From the human T2T-CHM13v2.0 reference genome, Homo sapiens: 64,000 nt of DNA. Under the pieces are notes generated by a model. The model had not been told where the DNA came from and ran no database searches. It worked only from the letters and a program-made list of their open reading frames with translations. Of the stretch, positions 40,401 through 55,400 are shown piece by piece; position 1 is the first letter of the stretch, and each line of letters begins with the position of its first letter. Where the stretch lies: NCBI RefSeq assembly GCF_009914755.1, contig NC_060940.1; one strand, 5' to 3'. Position numbers and translations under genes: made by a program.

Positions 40401-43400
40401 TTTTCTTTTCATTCAGCAGTTTGGAAACACTCTGTTTGTAAAGTCTGCAAGTGGATATCTTGGCCTCTTAGAGGCCTTCGTTGGAAGCGGGTTTTTTCAT
40501 GTAAGGATAGACAGAGGAATTCCCAGTAACTTCCTTGTGTTGTATGCATTCAACTCACAGAGTTGAATGATTCTTTACACAGAGCAGATTTGAGACACTC
40601 TTTTGGTGGAATTTGTAAGTGGAGAATTCAGCCGCTTTGAGGTCAACGGTAGAAAAGGAAATATCTTCGTATAAAAACTAGAAAGAATGATTCTCAGAAA
40701 CTGTTTTGTGATGTGTGCTTTCAACTCACAGAGTTTAACCTTTCTTTTCAAAGAGCAGTTAGGAAACACTCTGTTTGTAAAGTCTGCAAGTGGATATTCA
40801 GACCTCTTTGAGGCCTTCGTTGGAAACGGGATTTCTTCATATTATGCTAGACAGATGAATTCTCAGTAACTTCCTTGTGTTGTGTGTATTCAACTCACAG
40901 AGTTAAACGATCCTTTACACAGAGCAGATTTGAAACACTGTTTTTCTGGAATTTGCAAGTGGAGATTTCAGCCGCTTTGAGGTCAATGGTAGAAAAGGAA
41001 ATATCTTCGTATAAAAACTAGACAGAATGATTCTCAGAAACTCCTTTGTGATGTGTGCGTTCAACTCACAGAGTTTAACCTTTCTTTTCACAGAGCAGTT
41101 AGGAAACACTCTGTTTGTGAAGCCTGCCAGTGGATATTCGGACCTCTTTGAGGCCTTCGTTGGAAACGGGATTTCTTCATATTATGCTAGACAGAAGATT
41201 TCTCAGTAACTTCTTTGTGTTGTGTGTATGCAACTCACAGAGTTCAACCTTCCTTTAGACAGAGCAGATTTGAAACACTCTTTTTGTGGAATTTGCAAGT
41301 GGAGATTTCAAGCGCTTCGATGCCAATGGTAGAAAAGGAAATATCTTCGTATAAAAACAAGACAAACTCGTTCCCAGACACTGCGTAGTGATGTGTGTGT
41401 TTAACTCACAGAGTTTAACCTTTCTTTTCATACAGCATTCTGGAAACCCTGTGTTTGTAAAGTCTGCAAGTGGATATTTGGACCTCTTAGATGCCTTCGT
41501 TGGAAACGGGATTTCTTCATATAATGCTAGAGGGAAGAATTCTTAGTAACTTCTTTGTGTTGTGTGTATTCAACTGACAGAGTTGAACCTTCCTTTAGAC
41601 AGAGCAGATTTGAAAGTCTCTTTTTGTGGAATTTGCAAGTGGAGATTTCAAGCGCTTTGAGGCCAAAAGCAGAAAAGGAAATATTTTCCTATAAAAACTC
41701 GACAGAATCTTTCTCAGAAACTGCTCTGGGATGTGTGCGTTCAACTCACAGAGTTTAACTTTTCTTTTCATTCAGCAGTTTGGAAACACTCTGTTTGGAA
41801 AGTCTGCACGTGGATATTTTGACCTCTTTGAGGCCTTCGTTGGAAACGGGTTTTTTTCATGTAAGGCTAGACAGAAGAAATCTCAGTAACTTCCTTGTGT
41901 TGTGTGTATTCAACTGACAGAGTTGAACCTTCCTTTAGACAGAGCAGATTCGAAACACTCTTTTTCTGCAATTTGCAAGTGGAGACTTCAAGCGCTTTGA
42001 GGCCAAAGGCAGAAAAGGAAATATCTTCGTATAAAAACCCGACAGAATCATTCTCAGAAACTGCTCTGTGATGTGTGCGTTCAACTCACAGAGTTTAACT
42101 TTTCTTTTCATTCAGCAGTTTGGAAACACTCTGTTTGTAAAGTCTGCAAGTGGATATCTTGGCCTCTTAGAGGCCTTCGTTGGAAACGGGTTTTTTCATG
42201 TAAGGATAGACAGAGGAATTCCCAGTAACTTCCTTGTGTTGTGTGCATTCAACTCACAGAGTTGAATGATTCTTTACACAGAGCAGATTTGAGACACTCT
42301 TTTGGTGGAATTTGTAAGTGGAGAATTCAGCCGCTTTGAGGTCAACGGTAGAAAAGGAAATATCTTCGTATAAAAACTAGACAGAATGATTCTCAGAAAC
42401 TGTTTTGTGATGTGTGCGTTCAACTCACAGAGTTTAACCTTTCTTTTCAAAGAGCAGTTAGGAAACACTCTGTTTGTAAAGTCTGCAAGTGGATATTCAG
42501 ACCTCTTTGAGGCCTTCGTTGGAAACGGGATTTCTTCATATTATGCTAGACAGATGAATTCTCAGTAACTTCCTTGTGTTGTGTGTATTCAACTCACAGA
42601 GTTGAACGATCCTTTACACAGAGCAGATTTGAAACACTGTTTTTCTGGAATTTGCAAGTGGAGATTTCAGCCGCTTTGAGGTCAATGGTAGAAAAGGAAA
42701 TATCTTCGTATAAAAACTAGACAGAATGATTCTCAGAAACTCCTTTGTGATGTGTGCGTTCAACTCACAGAGTTTAACCTTTCTTTTCACAGAGCAGTTA
42801 GGAAACACTCTGTTTGTGAAGCCTGCCAGTGGATATTCGGACCTCTTTGAGGCCTTCGTTGGAAACGGGATTTCTTCATATTATGCTAGACAGAAGATTT
42901 CTCAGTAACTTCTTTGTGTTGTGTGTATGCAACTCACAGAGTTCAACCTTCCTTTAGACAGAGCAGATTTGAAACACTCTTTTTGTGGAATTTGCAAGTG
43001 GAGATTTCAAGCGCTTCGATGCCAATGGTAGAAAAGGAAATATCTTCGTATAAAAACAAGACAAACTCGTTCCCAGACACTGCGTAGTGATGTGTGTGTT
43101 TAACTCACAGAGTTTCACCTTTCTTTTCATACAGCATTCTGGAAACCCTGTGTTTGTAAAGTCTGCAAGTGGATATTTGGACCTCTTAGATGCCTTCGTT
43201 GGAAACGGGATTTCTTCATATAATGCTAGAGGGAAGAATTCTTAGTAACTTCTTTGTGTTGTGTGTATTCAACTGACAGAGTTGAACCTTCCTTTAGACA
43301 GAGCAGATTTGAAAGTCTCTTTTTGTGGAATTTGCAAGTGGAGATTTCAAGCGCTTTGAGGCCAAAAGCAGAAAAGGAAATATTTTCCTATAAAAACTCG

Positions 43401-46400
43401 ACAGAATCTTTCTCAGAAACTGCTCTGGGATGTGTGCGTTCAACTCACAGAGTTTAACTTTTCTTTTCATTCAGCAGTTTGGAAACACTCTGTTTGGAAA
43501 GTCTGCACGTGGATATTTTGACCTCTTTGAGGCCTTCGTTGGAAACGGGTTTTTTTCATGTAAGGCTAGACAGAAGAAATCTCAGTAACTTCCTTGTGTT
43601 GTGTGTATTCAACTGACAGAGTTGAACCTTCCTTTAGACAGAGCAGATTCGAAACACTCTTTTTCTGCAATTTGCAAGTGGAGACTTCAAGCGCTTTGAG
43701 GCCAAAGGCAGAAAAGGAAATATCTTCGTATAAAAACCCGACAGAATCATTCTCAGAAACTGCTCTGTGATGTGTGCGTTCAACTCACAGAGTTTAACTT
43801 TTCTTTTCATTCAGCAGTTTGGAAACACTCTGTTTGTAAAGTCTGCAAGTGGATATCTTGGCCTCTTAGAGGCCTTCGTTGGAAACGGGTTTTTTCATGT
43901 AAGGATAGACAGAGGAATTCCCAGTAACTTCCTTGTGTTGTGTGCATTCAACTCACAGAGTTGAATGATTCTTTACACAGAGCAGATTTGAGACACTCTT
44001 TTGGTGGAATTTGTAAGTGGAGAATTCAGCCGCTTTGAGGTCAACGGTAGAAAAGGAAATATCTTCGTATAAAAACTAGACAGAATGATTCTCAGAAACT
44101 GTTTTGTGATGTGTGCGTTCAACTCACAGAGTTTAACCTTTCTTTTCAAAGAGCAGTTAGGAAACACTCTGTTTGTAAAGTCTGCAAGTGGATATTCAGA
44201 CCTCTTTGAGGCCTTCGTTGGAAACGGGATTTCTTCATATTATGCTAGACAGATGAATTCTCAGTAACTTCCTTGTGTTGTGTGTATTCAACTCACAGAG
44301 TTGAACGATCCTTTACACAGAGCAGATTTGAAACACTGTTTTTCTGGAATTTGCAAGTGGAGATTTCAGCCGCTTTGAGGTCAATGGTAGAAAAGGAAAT
44401 ATCTTCGTATAAAAACTAGACAGAATGATTCTCAGAAACTCCTTTGTGATGTGTGCGTTCAACTCACAGAGTTTAACCTTTCTTTTCACAGAGCAGTTAG
44501 GAAACACTCTGTTTGTGAAGCCTGCCAGTGGATATTCGGACCTCTTTGAGGCCTTCGTTGGAAACGGGATTTCTTCATATTATGCTAGACAGAAGATTTC
44601 TCAGTAACTTCTTTGTGTTGTGTGTATGCAACTCACAGAGTTCAACCTTCCTTTAGACAGAGCAGATTTGAAACACTCTTTTTGTGGAATTTGCAAGTGG
44701 AGATTTCAAGCGCTTCGATGCCAATGGTAGAAAAGGAAATATCTTCGTATAAAAACAAGACAAACTCGTTCCCAGACACTGCGTAGTGATGTGTGTGTTT
44801 AACTCACAGAGTTTAACCTTTCTTTTCATACAGCATTCTGGAAACCCTCTGTTTGTAAAGTCTGCAAGTGGATATTTGGACCTCTTAGATGCCTTCGTTG
44901 GAAACGGGATTTCTTCATATAATGCTAGAGGGAAGAATTCTTAGTAACTTCTTTGTGTTGTGTGTATTCAACTGACAGAGTTGAACCTTCCTTTAGACAG
45001 AGCAGATTTGAAAGTCTCTTTTTGTGGAATTTGCAAGTGGAGATTTCAAGCGCTTTGAGGCCAAAAGCAGAAAAGGAAATATTTTCCTATAAAAACTCGA
45101 CAGAATCTTTCTCAGAAACTGCTCTGGGATGTGTGCGTTCAACTCACAGAGTTTAACTTTTCTTTTCATTCAGCAGTTTGGAAACACTCTGTTTGGAAAG
45201 TCTGCACGTGGATATTTTGACCTCTTTGAGGCCTTCGTTGGAAACGGGTTTTTTTCATGTAAGGCTAGACAGAAGAAATCTCAGTAACTTCCTTGTGTTG
45301 TGTGTATTCAACTGACAGAGTTGAACCTTCCTTTAGACAGAGCAGATTCGAAACACTCTTTTTCTGCAATTTGCAAGTGGAGACTTCAAGCGCTTTGAGG
45401 CCAAAGGCAGAAAAGGAAATATCTTCGTATAAAAACCCGACAGAATCATTCTCAGAAACTGCTCTGTGATGTGTGCGTTCAACTCACAGAGTTTAACTTT
45501 TCTTTTCATTCAGCAGTTTGGAAACACTCTGTTTGTAAAGTCTGCAAGTGGATATCTTGGCCTCTTAGAGGCCTTCGTTGGAAGCGGGTTTTTTCATGTA
45601 AGGATAGACAGAGGAATTCCCAGTAACTTCCTTGTGTTGTATGCATTCAACTCACAGAGTTGAATGATTCTTTACACAGAGCAGATTTGAGACACTCTTT
45701 TGGTGGAATTTGTAAGTGGAGAATTCAGCCGCTTTGAGGTCAACGGTAGAAAAGGAAATATCTTCGTATAAAAACTAGAAAGAATGATTCTCAGAAACTG
45801 TTTTGTGATGTGTGCTTTCAACTCACAGAGTTTAACCTTTCTTTTCAAAGAGCAGTTAGGAAACACTCTGTTTGTAAAGTCTGCAAGTGGATATTCAGAC
45901 CTCTTTGAGGCCTTCGTTGGAAACGGGATTTCTTCATATTATGCTAGACAGATGAATTCTCAGTAACTTCCTTGTGTTGTGTGTATTCAACTCACAGAGT
46001 TAAACGATCCTTTACACACAGCAGATTTGAAACACTGTTTTTCTGGAATTTGCAAGTGGAGATTTCAGCCGCTTTGAGGTCAATGGTAGAAAAGGAAATA
46101 TCTTCGTATAAAAACTAGACAGAATGATTCTCAGAAACTCCTTTGTGATGTGTGCGTTCAACTCACAGAGTTTAACCTTTCTTTTCACAGAGCAGTTAGG
46201 AAACACTCTGTTTGTGAAGCCTGCCAGTGGATATTCGGACCTCTTTGAGGCCTTCGTTGGAAACGGGATTTCTTCATATTATGCTAGACAGAAGATTTCT
46301 CAGTAACTTCTTTGTGTTGTGTGTATGCAACTCACAGAGTTCAACCTTCCTTTAGACAGAGCAGATTTGAAACACTCTTTTTGTGGAATTTGCAAGTGGA

Positions 46401-49400
46401 GATTTCAAGCGCTTCGATGCCAATGGTAGAAAAGGAAATATCTTCGTATAAAAACAAGACAAACTCGTTCCCAGACACTGCGTAGTGATGTGTGTGTTTA
46501 ACTCACAGAGTTTCACCTTTCTTTTCATACAGCATTCTGGAAACCCTCTGTTTGTAAAGTCTGCAAGTGGATATTTGGACCTCTTAGATGCCTTCGTTGG
46601 AAACGGGATTTCTTCATATAATGCTAGAGGGAAGAATTCTTAGTAACTTCTTTGTGTTGTGTGTATTCAACTGACAGAGTTGAACCTTCCTTTAGACAGA
46701 GCAGATTTGAAAGTCTCTTTTTGTGGAATTTGCAAGTGGAGATTTCAAGCGCTTTGAGGCCAAAAGCAGAAAAGGAAATATTTTCCTATAAAAACTCGAC
46801 AGAATCTTTCTCAGAAACTGCTCTGGGATGTGTGCGTTCAACTCACAGAGTTTAACTTTTCTTTTCATTCAGCAGTTTGGAAACACTCTGTTTGGAAAGT
46901 CTGCACGTGGATATTTTGACCTCTTTGAGGCCTTCGTTGGAAACGGGTTTTTTTCATGTAAGGCTAGACAGAAGAAATCTCAGTAACTTCCTTGTGTTGT
47001 GTGTATTCAACTGACAGAGTTGAACCTTCCTTTAGACAGAGCAGATTCGAAACACTCTTTTTCTGCAATTTGCAAGTGGAGACTTCAAGCGCTTTGAGGC
47101 CAAAGGCAGAAAAGGAAATATCTTCGTATAAAAACCCGACAGAATCATTCTCAGAAACTGCTCTGTGATGTGTGCGTTCAACTCACAGAGTTTAACTTTT
47201 CTTTTCATTCAGCAGTTTGGAAACACTCTGTTTGTAAAGTCTGCAAGTGGATATCTTGGCCTCTTAGAGGCCTTCGTTGGAAACGGGTTTTTTCATGTAA
47301 GGTTAGACAGAGGAATTCCCAGTAACTTCCTTGTGTTGTGTGCATTCAACTCACAGAGTTGAATGATTCTTTACACAGAGCAGATTTGAGACACTCTTTT
47401 GGTGGAATTTGTAAGTGGAGAATTCAGCCGCTTTGAGGTCAACGGTAGAAAAGGAAATATCTTCGTATAAAAACTAGACAGAATGATTCTCAGAAACTGT
47501 TTTGTGATGTGTGCGTTCAACTCACAGAGTTTAACCTTTCTTTTCAAAGAGCAGTTAGGAAACACTCTGTTTGTAAAGTCTGCAAGTGGATATTCAGACC
47601 TCTTTGAGGCCTTCGTTGGAAACGGGATTTCTTCATATTATGCTAGACAGATGAATTCTCAGTAACTTCCTTGTGTTGTGTGTATTCAACTCACAGAGTT
47701 GAACGATCCTTTTCACAGAGCAGATTTGAAACACTGTTTTTCTGGAATTTGCAAGTGGAGATTTCAGCCGCTTTGAGGTCAATGGTAGAAAAGGAAATAT
47801 CTTCGTATAAAAACTAGACAGAATGATTCTCAGAAACTCCTTTGTGATGTGTGCGTTCAACTCACAGAGTTTAACCTTTCTTTTCACAGAGCAGTTAGGA
47901 AACACTCTGTTTGTGAAGCCTGCCAGTGGATATTCGGACCTCTTTGAGGCCTTCGTTGGAAACGGGATTTCTTCATATTATGCTAGACAGAAGATTTCTC
48001 AGTAACTTCTTTGTGTTGTGTGTATGCAACTCACAGAGTTCAACCTTCCTTTAGACAGAGCAGATTTGAAACACTCTTTTTGTGGAATTTGCAAGTGGAG
48101 ATTTCAAGCGCTTCGATGCCAATGGTAGAAAAGGAAATATCTTCGTATAAAAACAAGACAAACTCGTTCCCAGACACTGCGTAGTGATGTGTGTGTTTAA
48201 CTCACAGAGTTTCACCTTTCTTTTCATACAGCATTCTGGAAACCCTGTGTTTGTAAAGTCTGCAAGTGGATATTTGGACCTCTTAGATGCCTTCGTTGGA
48301 AACGGGATTTCTTCATATAATGCTAGAGGGAAGAATTCTTAGTAACTTCTTTGTGTTGTGTGTATTCAACTGACAGAGTTGAACCTTCCTTTAGACAGAG
48401 CAGATTTGAAAGTCTCTTTTTGTGGAATTTGCAAGTGGAGATTTCAAGCGCTTTGAGGCCAAAAGCAGAAAAGGAAATATTTTCCTATAAAAACTCGACA
48501 GAATCTTTCTCAGAAACTGCTCTGGGATGTGTGCGTTCAACTCACAGAGTTTAACTTTTCTTTTCATTCAGCAGTTTGGAAACACTCTGTTTGGAAAGTC
48601 TGCACGTGGATATTTTGACCTCTTTGAGGCCTTCGTTGGAAACGGGTTTTTTTCATGTAAGGCTAGACAGAAGAAATCTCAGTAACTTCCTTGTGTTGTG
48701 TGTATTCAACTGACAGAGTTGAACCTTCCTTTAGACAGAGCAGATTCGAAACACTCTTTTTCTGCAATTTGCAAGTGGAGACTTCAAGCGCTTTGAGGCC
48801 AAAGGCAGAAAAGGAAATATCTTCGTATAAAAACCCGACAGAATCATTCTCAGAAACTGCTCTGTGATGTGTGCGTTCAACTCACAGAGTTTAACTTTTC
48901 TTTTCATTCAGCAGTTTGGAAACACTCTGTTTGTAAAGTCTGCAAGTGGATATCTTGGCCTCTTAGAGGCCTTCGTTGGAAGCGGGTTTTTTCATGTAAG
49001 GTTAGACAGAGGAATTCCCACTAACTTCCTTGTGTTGTGTGCATTCAACTCACAGAGTTGAATGATTCTTTACACAGAGCAGATTTGAGACACTCTTTTG
49101 GTGGAATTTGTAAGTGGAGAATTCAGCCGCTTTGATGTCAACGGTAGAAAAGGAAATATCTTCGTATAAAAACTAGACAGAATGATTCTCAGAAACTGTT
49201 TTGTGATGTGTGCTTTCAACTCACAGAGTTTAACCTTTCTTTTCAAAGAGCAGTTAGGAAACACTCTGTTTGTAAAGTCTGCAAGTGGATATTCAGACCT
49301 CTTTGAGGCCTTCGTTGGAAACGGGATTTCTTCATATTATGCTAGACAGATGAATTCTCAGTAACTTCCTTGTGTTGTGTGTATTCAACTCACAGAGTTG

Positions 49401-52400
49401 AACGATCCTTTACACAGAGCAGATTTGAAACACTGTTTTTCTGGAATTTGCAAGTGGAGATTTCAGCCGCTTTGAGGTCAATGGTAGAAAAGGAAATATC
49501 TTCGTATAAAAACTAGACAGAATGATTCTCAGAAACTCCTTTGTGATGTGTGCGTTCAACTCACAGAGTTTAACCTTTCTTTTCACAGAGCAGTTAGGAA
49601 ACACTCTGTTTGTGAAGCCTGCCAGTGGATATTCGGACCTCTTTGAGGCCTTCGTTGGAAACGGGATTTCTTCATATTATGCTAGACAGAAGATTTCTCA
49701 GTAACTTCTTTGTGTTGTGTGTATGCAACTCACAGAGTTCAACCTTCCTTTAGACAGAGCAGATTTGAAACACTCTTTTTGTGGAATTTGCAAGTGGAGA
49801 TTTCAAGCGCTTCGATGCCAATGGTAGAAAAGGAAATATCTTCGTATAAAAACAAGACAAACTCGTTCCCAGACACTGCGTAGTGATGTGTGTGTTTAAC
49901 TCACAGAGTTTAACCTTTCTTTTCATACAGCATTCTGGAAACCCTCTGTTTGTAAAGTCTGCAAGTGGATATTTGGACCTCTTAGATGCCTTCGTTGGAA
50001 ACGGGATTTCTTCATATAATGCTAGACGGAAGAATTCTTAGTAACTTCTTTGTGTTGTGTGTATTCAACTGACAGAGTTGAACCTTCCTTTAGACAGAGC
50101 AGATTTGAAAGTCTCTTTTTGTGGAATTTGCAAGTGGAGATTTCAAGCGCTTTGAGGCCAAAAGCAGAAAAGGAAATATTTTCCTATAAAAACTAGACAG
50201 AATCTTTCTCAGAAACTGCTCTGGGATGTGTGCGTTCAACTCACAGAGTTTAACTTTTCTTTTCATTCAGCAGTTTGGAAACACTCTGTTTGGAAAGTCT
50301 GCACGTGGATATTTTGACCTCTTTGAGGCCTTCGTTGGAAACGGGTTTTTTTCATGTAAGGCTAGACAGAAGAAATCTCAGTAACTTCCTTGTGTTGTGT
50401 GTATTCAACTGACAGAGTTGAACCTTCCTTTAGACAGAGCAGATTCGAAACACTCTTTTTCTGCAATTTGCAAGTGGAGACTTCAAGCGCTTTGAGGCCA
50501 AAGGCAGAAAAGGAAATATCTTCGTATAAAAACCCGACAGAATCATTCTCAGAAACTGCTCTGTGATGTGTGCGTTCAACTCACAGAGTTTAACTTTTCT
50601 TTTCATTCAGCAGTTTGGAAACACTCTGTTTGTAAAGTCTGCAAGTGGATATCTTGGCCTCTTAGAGGCCTTCGTTGGAAGCGGGTTTTTTCATGTAAGG
50701 ATAGACAGAGGAATTCCCAGTAACTTCCTTGTGTTGTATGCATTCAACTCACAGAGTTGAATGATTCTTTACACAGAGCAGATTTGAGACACTCTTTTGG
50801 TGGAATTTGTAAGTGGAGAATTCAGCCGCTTTGAGGTCAACGGTAGAAAAGGAAATATCTTCGTATAAAAACTAGAAAGAATGATTCTCAGAAACTGTTT
50901 TGTGATGTGTGCTTTCAACTCACAGAGTTTAACCTTTCTTTTCAAAGAGCAGTTAGGAAACACTCTGTTTGTAAAGTCTGCAAGTGGATATTCAGACCTC
51001 TTTGAGGCCTTCGTTGGAAACGGGATTTCTTCATATTATGCTAGACAGATGAATTCTCAGTAACTTCCTTGTGTTGTGTGTATTCAACTCACAGAGTTAA
51101 ACGATCCTTTACACAGAGCAGATTTGAAACACTGTTTTTCTGGAATTTGCAAGTGGAGATTTCAGCCGCTTTGAGGTCAATGGTAGAAAAGGAAATATCT
51201 TCGTATAAAAACTAGACAGAATGATTCTCAGAAACTCCTTTGTGATGTGTGCGTTCAACTCACAGAGTTTAACCTTTCTTTTCACAGAGCAGTTAGGAAA
51301 CACTCTGTTTGTGAAGCCTGCCAGTGGATATTCGGACCTCTTTGAGGCCTTCGTTGGAAACGGGATTTCTTCATATTATGCTAGACAGAAGATTTCTCAG
51401 TAACTTCTTTGTGTTGTGTGTATGCAACTCACAGAGTTCAACCTTCCTTTAGACAGAGCAGATTTGAAACACTCTTTTTGTGGAATTTGCAAGTGGAGAT
51501 TTCAAGCGCTTCGATGCCAATGGTAGAAAAGGAAATATCTTCGTATAAAAACAAGACAAACTCGTTCCCAGACACTGCGTAGTGATGTGTGTGTTTAACT
51601 CACAGAGTTTCACCTTTCTTTTCATACAGCATTCTGGAAACCCTGTGTTTGTAAAGTCTGCAAGTGGATATTTGGACCTCTTAGATGCCTTCGTTGGAAA
51701 CGGGATTTCTTCATATAATGCTAGAGGGAAGAATTCTTAGTAACTTCTTTGTGTTGTGTGTATTCAACTGACAGAGTTGAACCTTCCTTTAGACAGAGCA
51801 GATTTGAAAGTCTCTTTTTGTGGAATTTGCAAGTGGAGATTTCAAGCGCTTTGAGGCCAAAAGCAGAAAAGGAAATATTTTCCTATAAAAACTCGACAGA
51901 ATCTTTCTCAGAAACTGCTCTGGGATGTGTGCGTTCAACTCACAGAGTTTAACTTTTCTTTTCATTCAGCAGTTTGGAAACACTCTGTTTGGAAAGTCTG
52001 CACGTGGATATTTTGACCTCTTTGAGGCCTTCGTTGGAAACGGGTTTTTTTCATGTAAGGCTAGACAGAAGAAATCTCAGTAACTTCCTTGTGTTGTGTG
52101 TATTCAACTGACAGAGTTGAACCTTCCTTTAGACAGAGCAGATTCGAAACACTCTTTTTCTGCAATTTGCAAGTGGAGACTTCAAGCGCTTTGAGGCCAA
52201 AGGCAGAAAAGGAAATATCTTCGTATAAAAACCCGACAGAATCATTCTCAGAAACTGCTCTGTGATGTGTGCGTTCAACTCACAGAGTTTAACTTTTCTT
52301 TTCATTCAGCAGTTTGGAAACACTCTGTTTGTAAAGTCTGCAAGTGGATATCTTGGCCTCTTAGAGGCCTTCGTTGGAAACGGGTTTTTTCATGTAAGGT

Positions 52401-55400
52401 TAGACAGAGGAATTCCCAGTAACTTCCTTGTGTTGTGTGCATTCAACTCACAGAGTTGAATGATTCTTTACACAGAGCAGATTTGAGACACTCTTTTGGT
52501 GGAATTTGTAAGTGGAGAATTCAGCCGCTTTGAGGTCAACGGTAGAAAAGGAAATATCTTCGTATAAAAACTAGACAGAATGATTCTCAGAAACTGTTTT
52601 GTGATGTGTGCTTTCAACTCACAGAGTTTAACCTTTCTTTTCAAAGAGCAGTTAGGAAACACTCTGTTTGTAAAGTCTGCAAGTGGATATTCAGACCTCT
52701 TTGAGGCCTTCGTTGGAAACGGGATTTCTTCATATTATGCTAGACAGATGAATTCTCAGTAACTTCCTTGTGTTGTGTGTATTCAACTCACAGAGTTGAA
52801 CGATCCTTTACACAGAGCAGATTTGAAACACTGTTTTTCTGGAATTTGCAAGTGGAGATTTCAGCCGCTTTGAGGTCAATGGTAGAAAAGGAAATATCTT
52901 CGTATAAAAACTAGACAGAATGATTCTCAGAAACTCCTTTGTGATGTGTGCGTTCAACTCACAGAGTTTAACCTTTCTTTTCACAGAGCAGTTAGGAAAC
53001 ACTCTGTTTGTGAAGCCTGCCAGTGGATATTCAGACCTCTTTGAGGCCTTCGTTGGAAACGGGATTTCTTCATATTATGCTAGACAGAAGATTTCTCAGT
53101 AACTTCTTTGTGTTGTGTGTATGCAACTCACAGAGTTCAACCTTCCTTTAGACAGAGCAGATTTGAAACACTCTTTTTGTGGAATTTGCAAGTGGAGATT
53201 TCAAGCGCTTCGATGCCAATGGTAGAAAAGGAAATATCTTCGTATAAAAACAAGACAAACTCGTTCCCAGACACTGCGTAGTGATGTGTGTGTTTAACTC
53301 ACAGAGTTTCACCTTTCTTTTCATACAGCATTCTGGAAACCCTGTGTTTGTAAAGTCTGCAAGTGGATATTTGGACCTCTTAGATGCCTTCGTTGGAAAC
53401 GGGATTTCTTCATATAATGCTAGAGGGAAGAATTCTTAGTAACTTCTTTGTGTTGTGTGTATTCAACTGACAGAGTTGAACCTTCCTTTAGACAGAGCAG
53501 ATTTGAAAGTCTCTTTTTGTGGAATTTGCAAGTGGAGATTTCAAGCGCTTTGAGGCCAAAAGCAGAAAAGGAAATATTTTCCTATAAAAACTAGACAGAA
53601 TCTTTCTCAGAAACTGCTCTGGGATGTGTGCGTTCAACTCACAGAGTTTAACTTTTCTTTTCATTCAGCAGTTTGGAAACACTCTGTTTGGAAAGTCTGC
53701 ACGTGGATATTTTGACCTCTTTGAGGCCTTCGTTGGAAACGGGTTTTTTTCATGTAAGGCTAGACAGAAGAAATCTCAGTAACTTCCTTGTGTTGTGTGT
53801 ATTCAACTGACAGAGTTGAACCTTCCTTTAGACAGAGCAGATTCGAAACACTCTTTTTCTGCAATTTGCAAGTGGAGACTTCAAGCGCTTTGAGGCCAAA
53901 GGCAGAAAAGGAAATATCTTCGTATAAAAACCCGACAGAATCATTCTCAGAAACTGCTCTGTGATGTGTGCGTTCAACTCACAGAGTTTAACTTTTCTTT
54001 TCATTCAGCAGTTTGGAAACACTCTGTTTGTAAAGTCTGCAAGTGGATATCTTGGCCTCTTAGAGGCCTTCGTTGGAAGCGGGTTTTTTCATGTAAGGTT
54101 AGACAGAGGAATTCCCACTAACTTCCTTGTGTTGTGTGCATTCAACTCACAGAGTTGAATGATTCTTTACACAGAGCAGATTTGAGACACTCTTTTGGTG
54201 GAATTTGTAAGTGGAGAATTCAGCCGCTTTGATGTCAACGGTAGAAAAGGAAATATCTTCGTATAAAAACTAGACAGAATGATTCTCAGAAACTGTTTTG
54301 TGATGTGTGCTTTCAACTCACAGAGTTTAACCTTTCTTTTCAAAGAGCAGTTAGGAAACACTCTGTTTGTAAAGTCTGCAAGTGGATATTCAGACCTCTT
54401 TGAGGCCTTCGTTGGAAACGGGATTTCTTCATATTATGCTAGACAGATGAATTCTCAGTAACTTCCTTGTGTTGTGTGTATTCAACTCACAGAGTTGAAC
54501 GATCCTTTACACAGAGCAGATTTGAAACACTGTTTTTCTGGAATTTGCAAGTGGAGATTTCAGCCGCTTTGAGGTCAATGGTAGAAAAGGAAATATCTTC
54601 GTATAAAAACTAGACAGAATGATTCTCAGAAACTCCTTTGTGATGTGTGCGTTCAACTCACAGAGTTTAACCTTTCTTTTCACAGAGCAGTTAGGAAACA
54701 CTCTGTTTGTGAAGCCTGCCAGTGGATATTCGGACCTCTTTGAGGCCTTCGTTGGAAACGGGATTTCTTCATATTATGCTAGACAGAAGATTTCTCAGTA
54801 ACTTCTTTGTGTTGTGTGTATGCAACTCACAGAGTTCAACCTTCCTTTAGACAGAGCAGATTTGAAACACTCTTTTTGTGGAATTTGCAAGTGGAGATTT
54901 CAAGCGCTTCGATGCCAATGGTAGAAAAGGAAATATCTTCGTATAAAAACAAGACAAACTCGTTCCCAGACACTGCGTAGTGATGTGTGTGTTTAACTCA
55001 CAGAGTTTCACCTTTCTTTTCATACAGCATTCTGGAAACCCTGTGTTTGTAAAGTCTGCAAGTGGATATTTGGACCTCTTAGATGCCTTCGTTGGAAACG
55101 GGATTTCTTCATATAATGCTAGAGGGAAGAATTCTTAGTAACTTCTTTGTGTTGTGTGTATTCAACTGACAGAGTTGAACCTTCCTTTAGACAGAGCAGA
55201 GTTGAAAGTCTCTTTTTGTGGAATTTGCAAGTGGAGATTTCAAGCGCTTTGAGGCCAAAAGCAGAAAAGGAAATATTTTCCTATAAAAACTCGACAGAAT
55301 CTTTCTCAGAAACTGCTCTGGGATGTGTGCGTTCAACTCACAGAGTTTAACTTTTCTTTTCATTCAGCAGTTTGGAAACACTCTGTTTGGAAAGTCTGCA

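Noticed and set aside
47633-47905. Longest ORF (90 aa, minus strand)
   Set aside because: It is produced by one private A>T at 47713 that removes a stop codon in a single HOR copy. There is no evidence of coding function.
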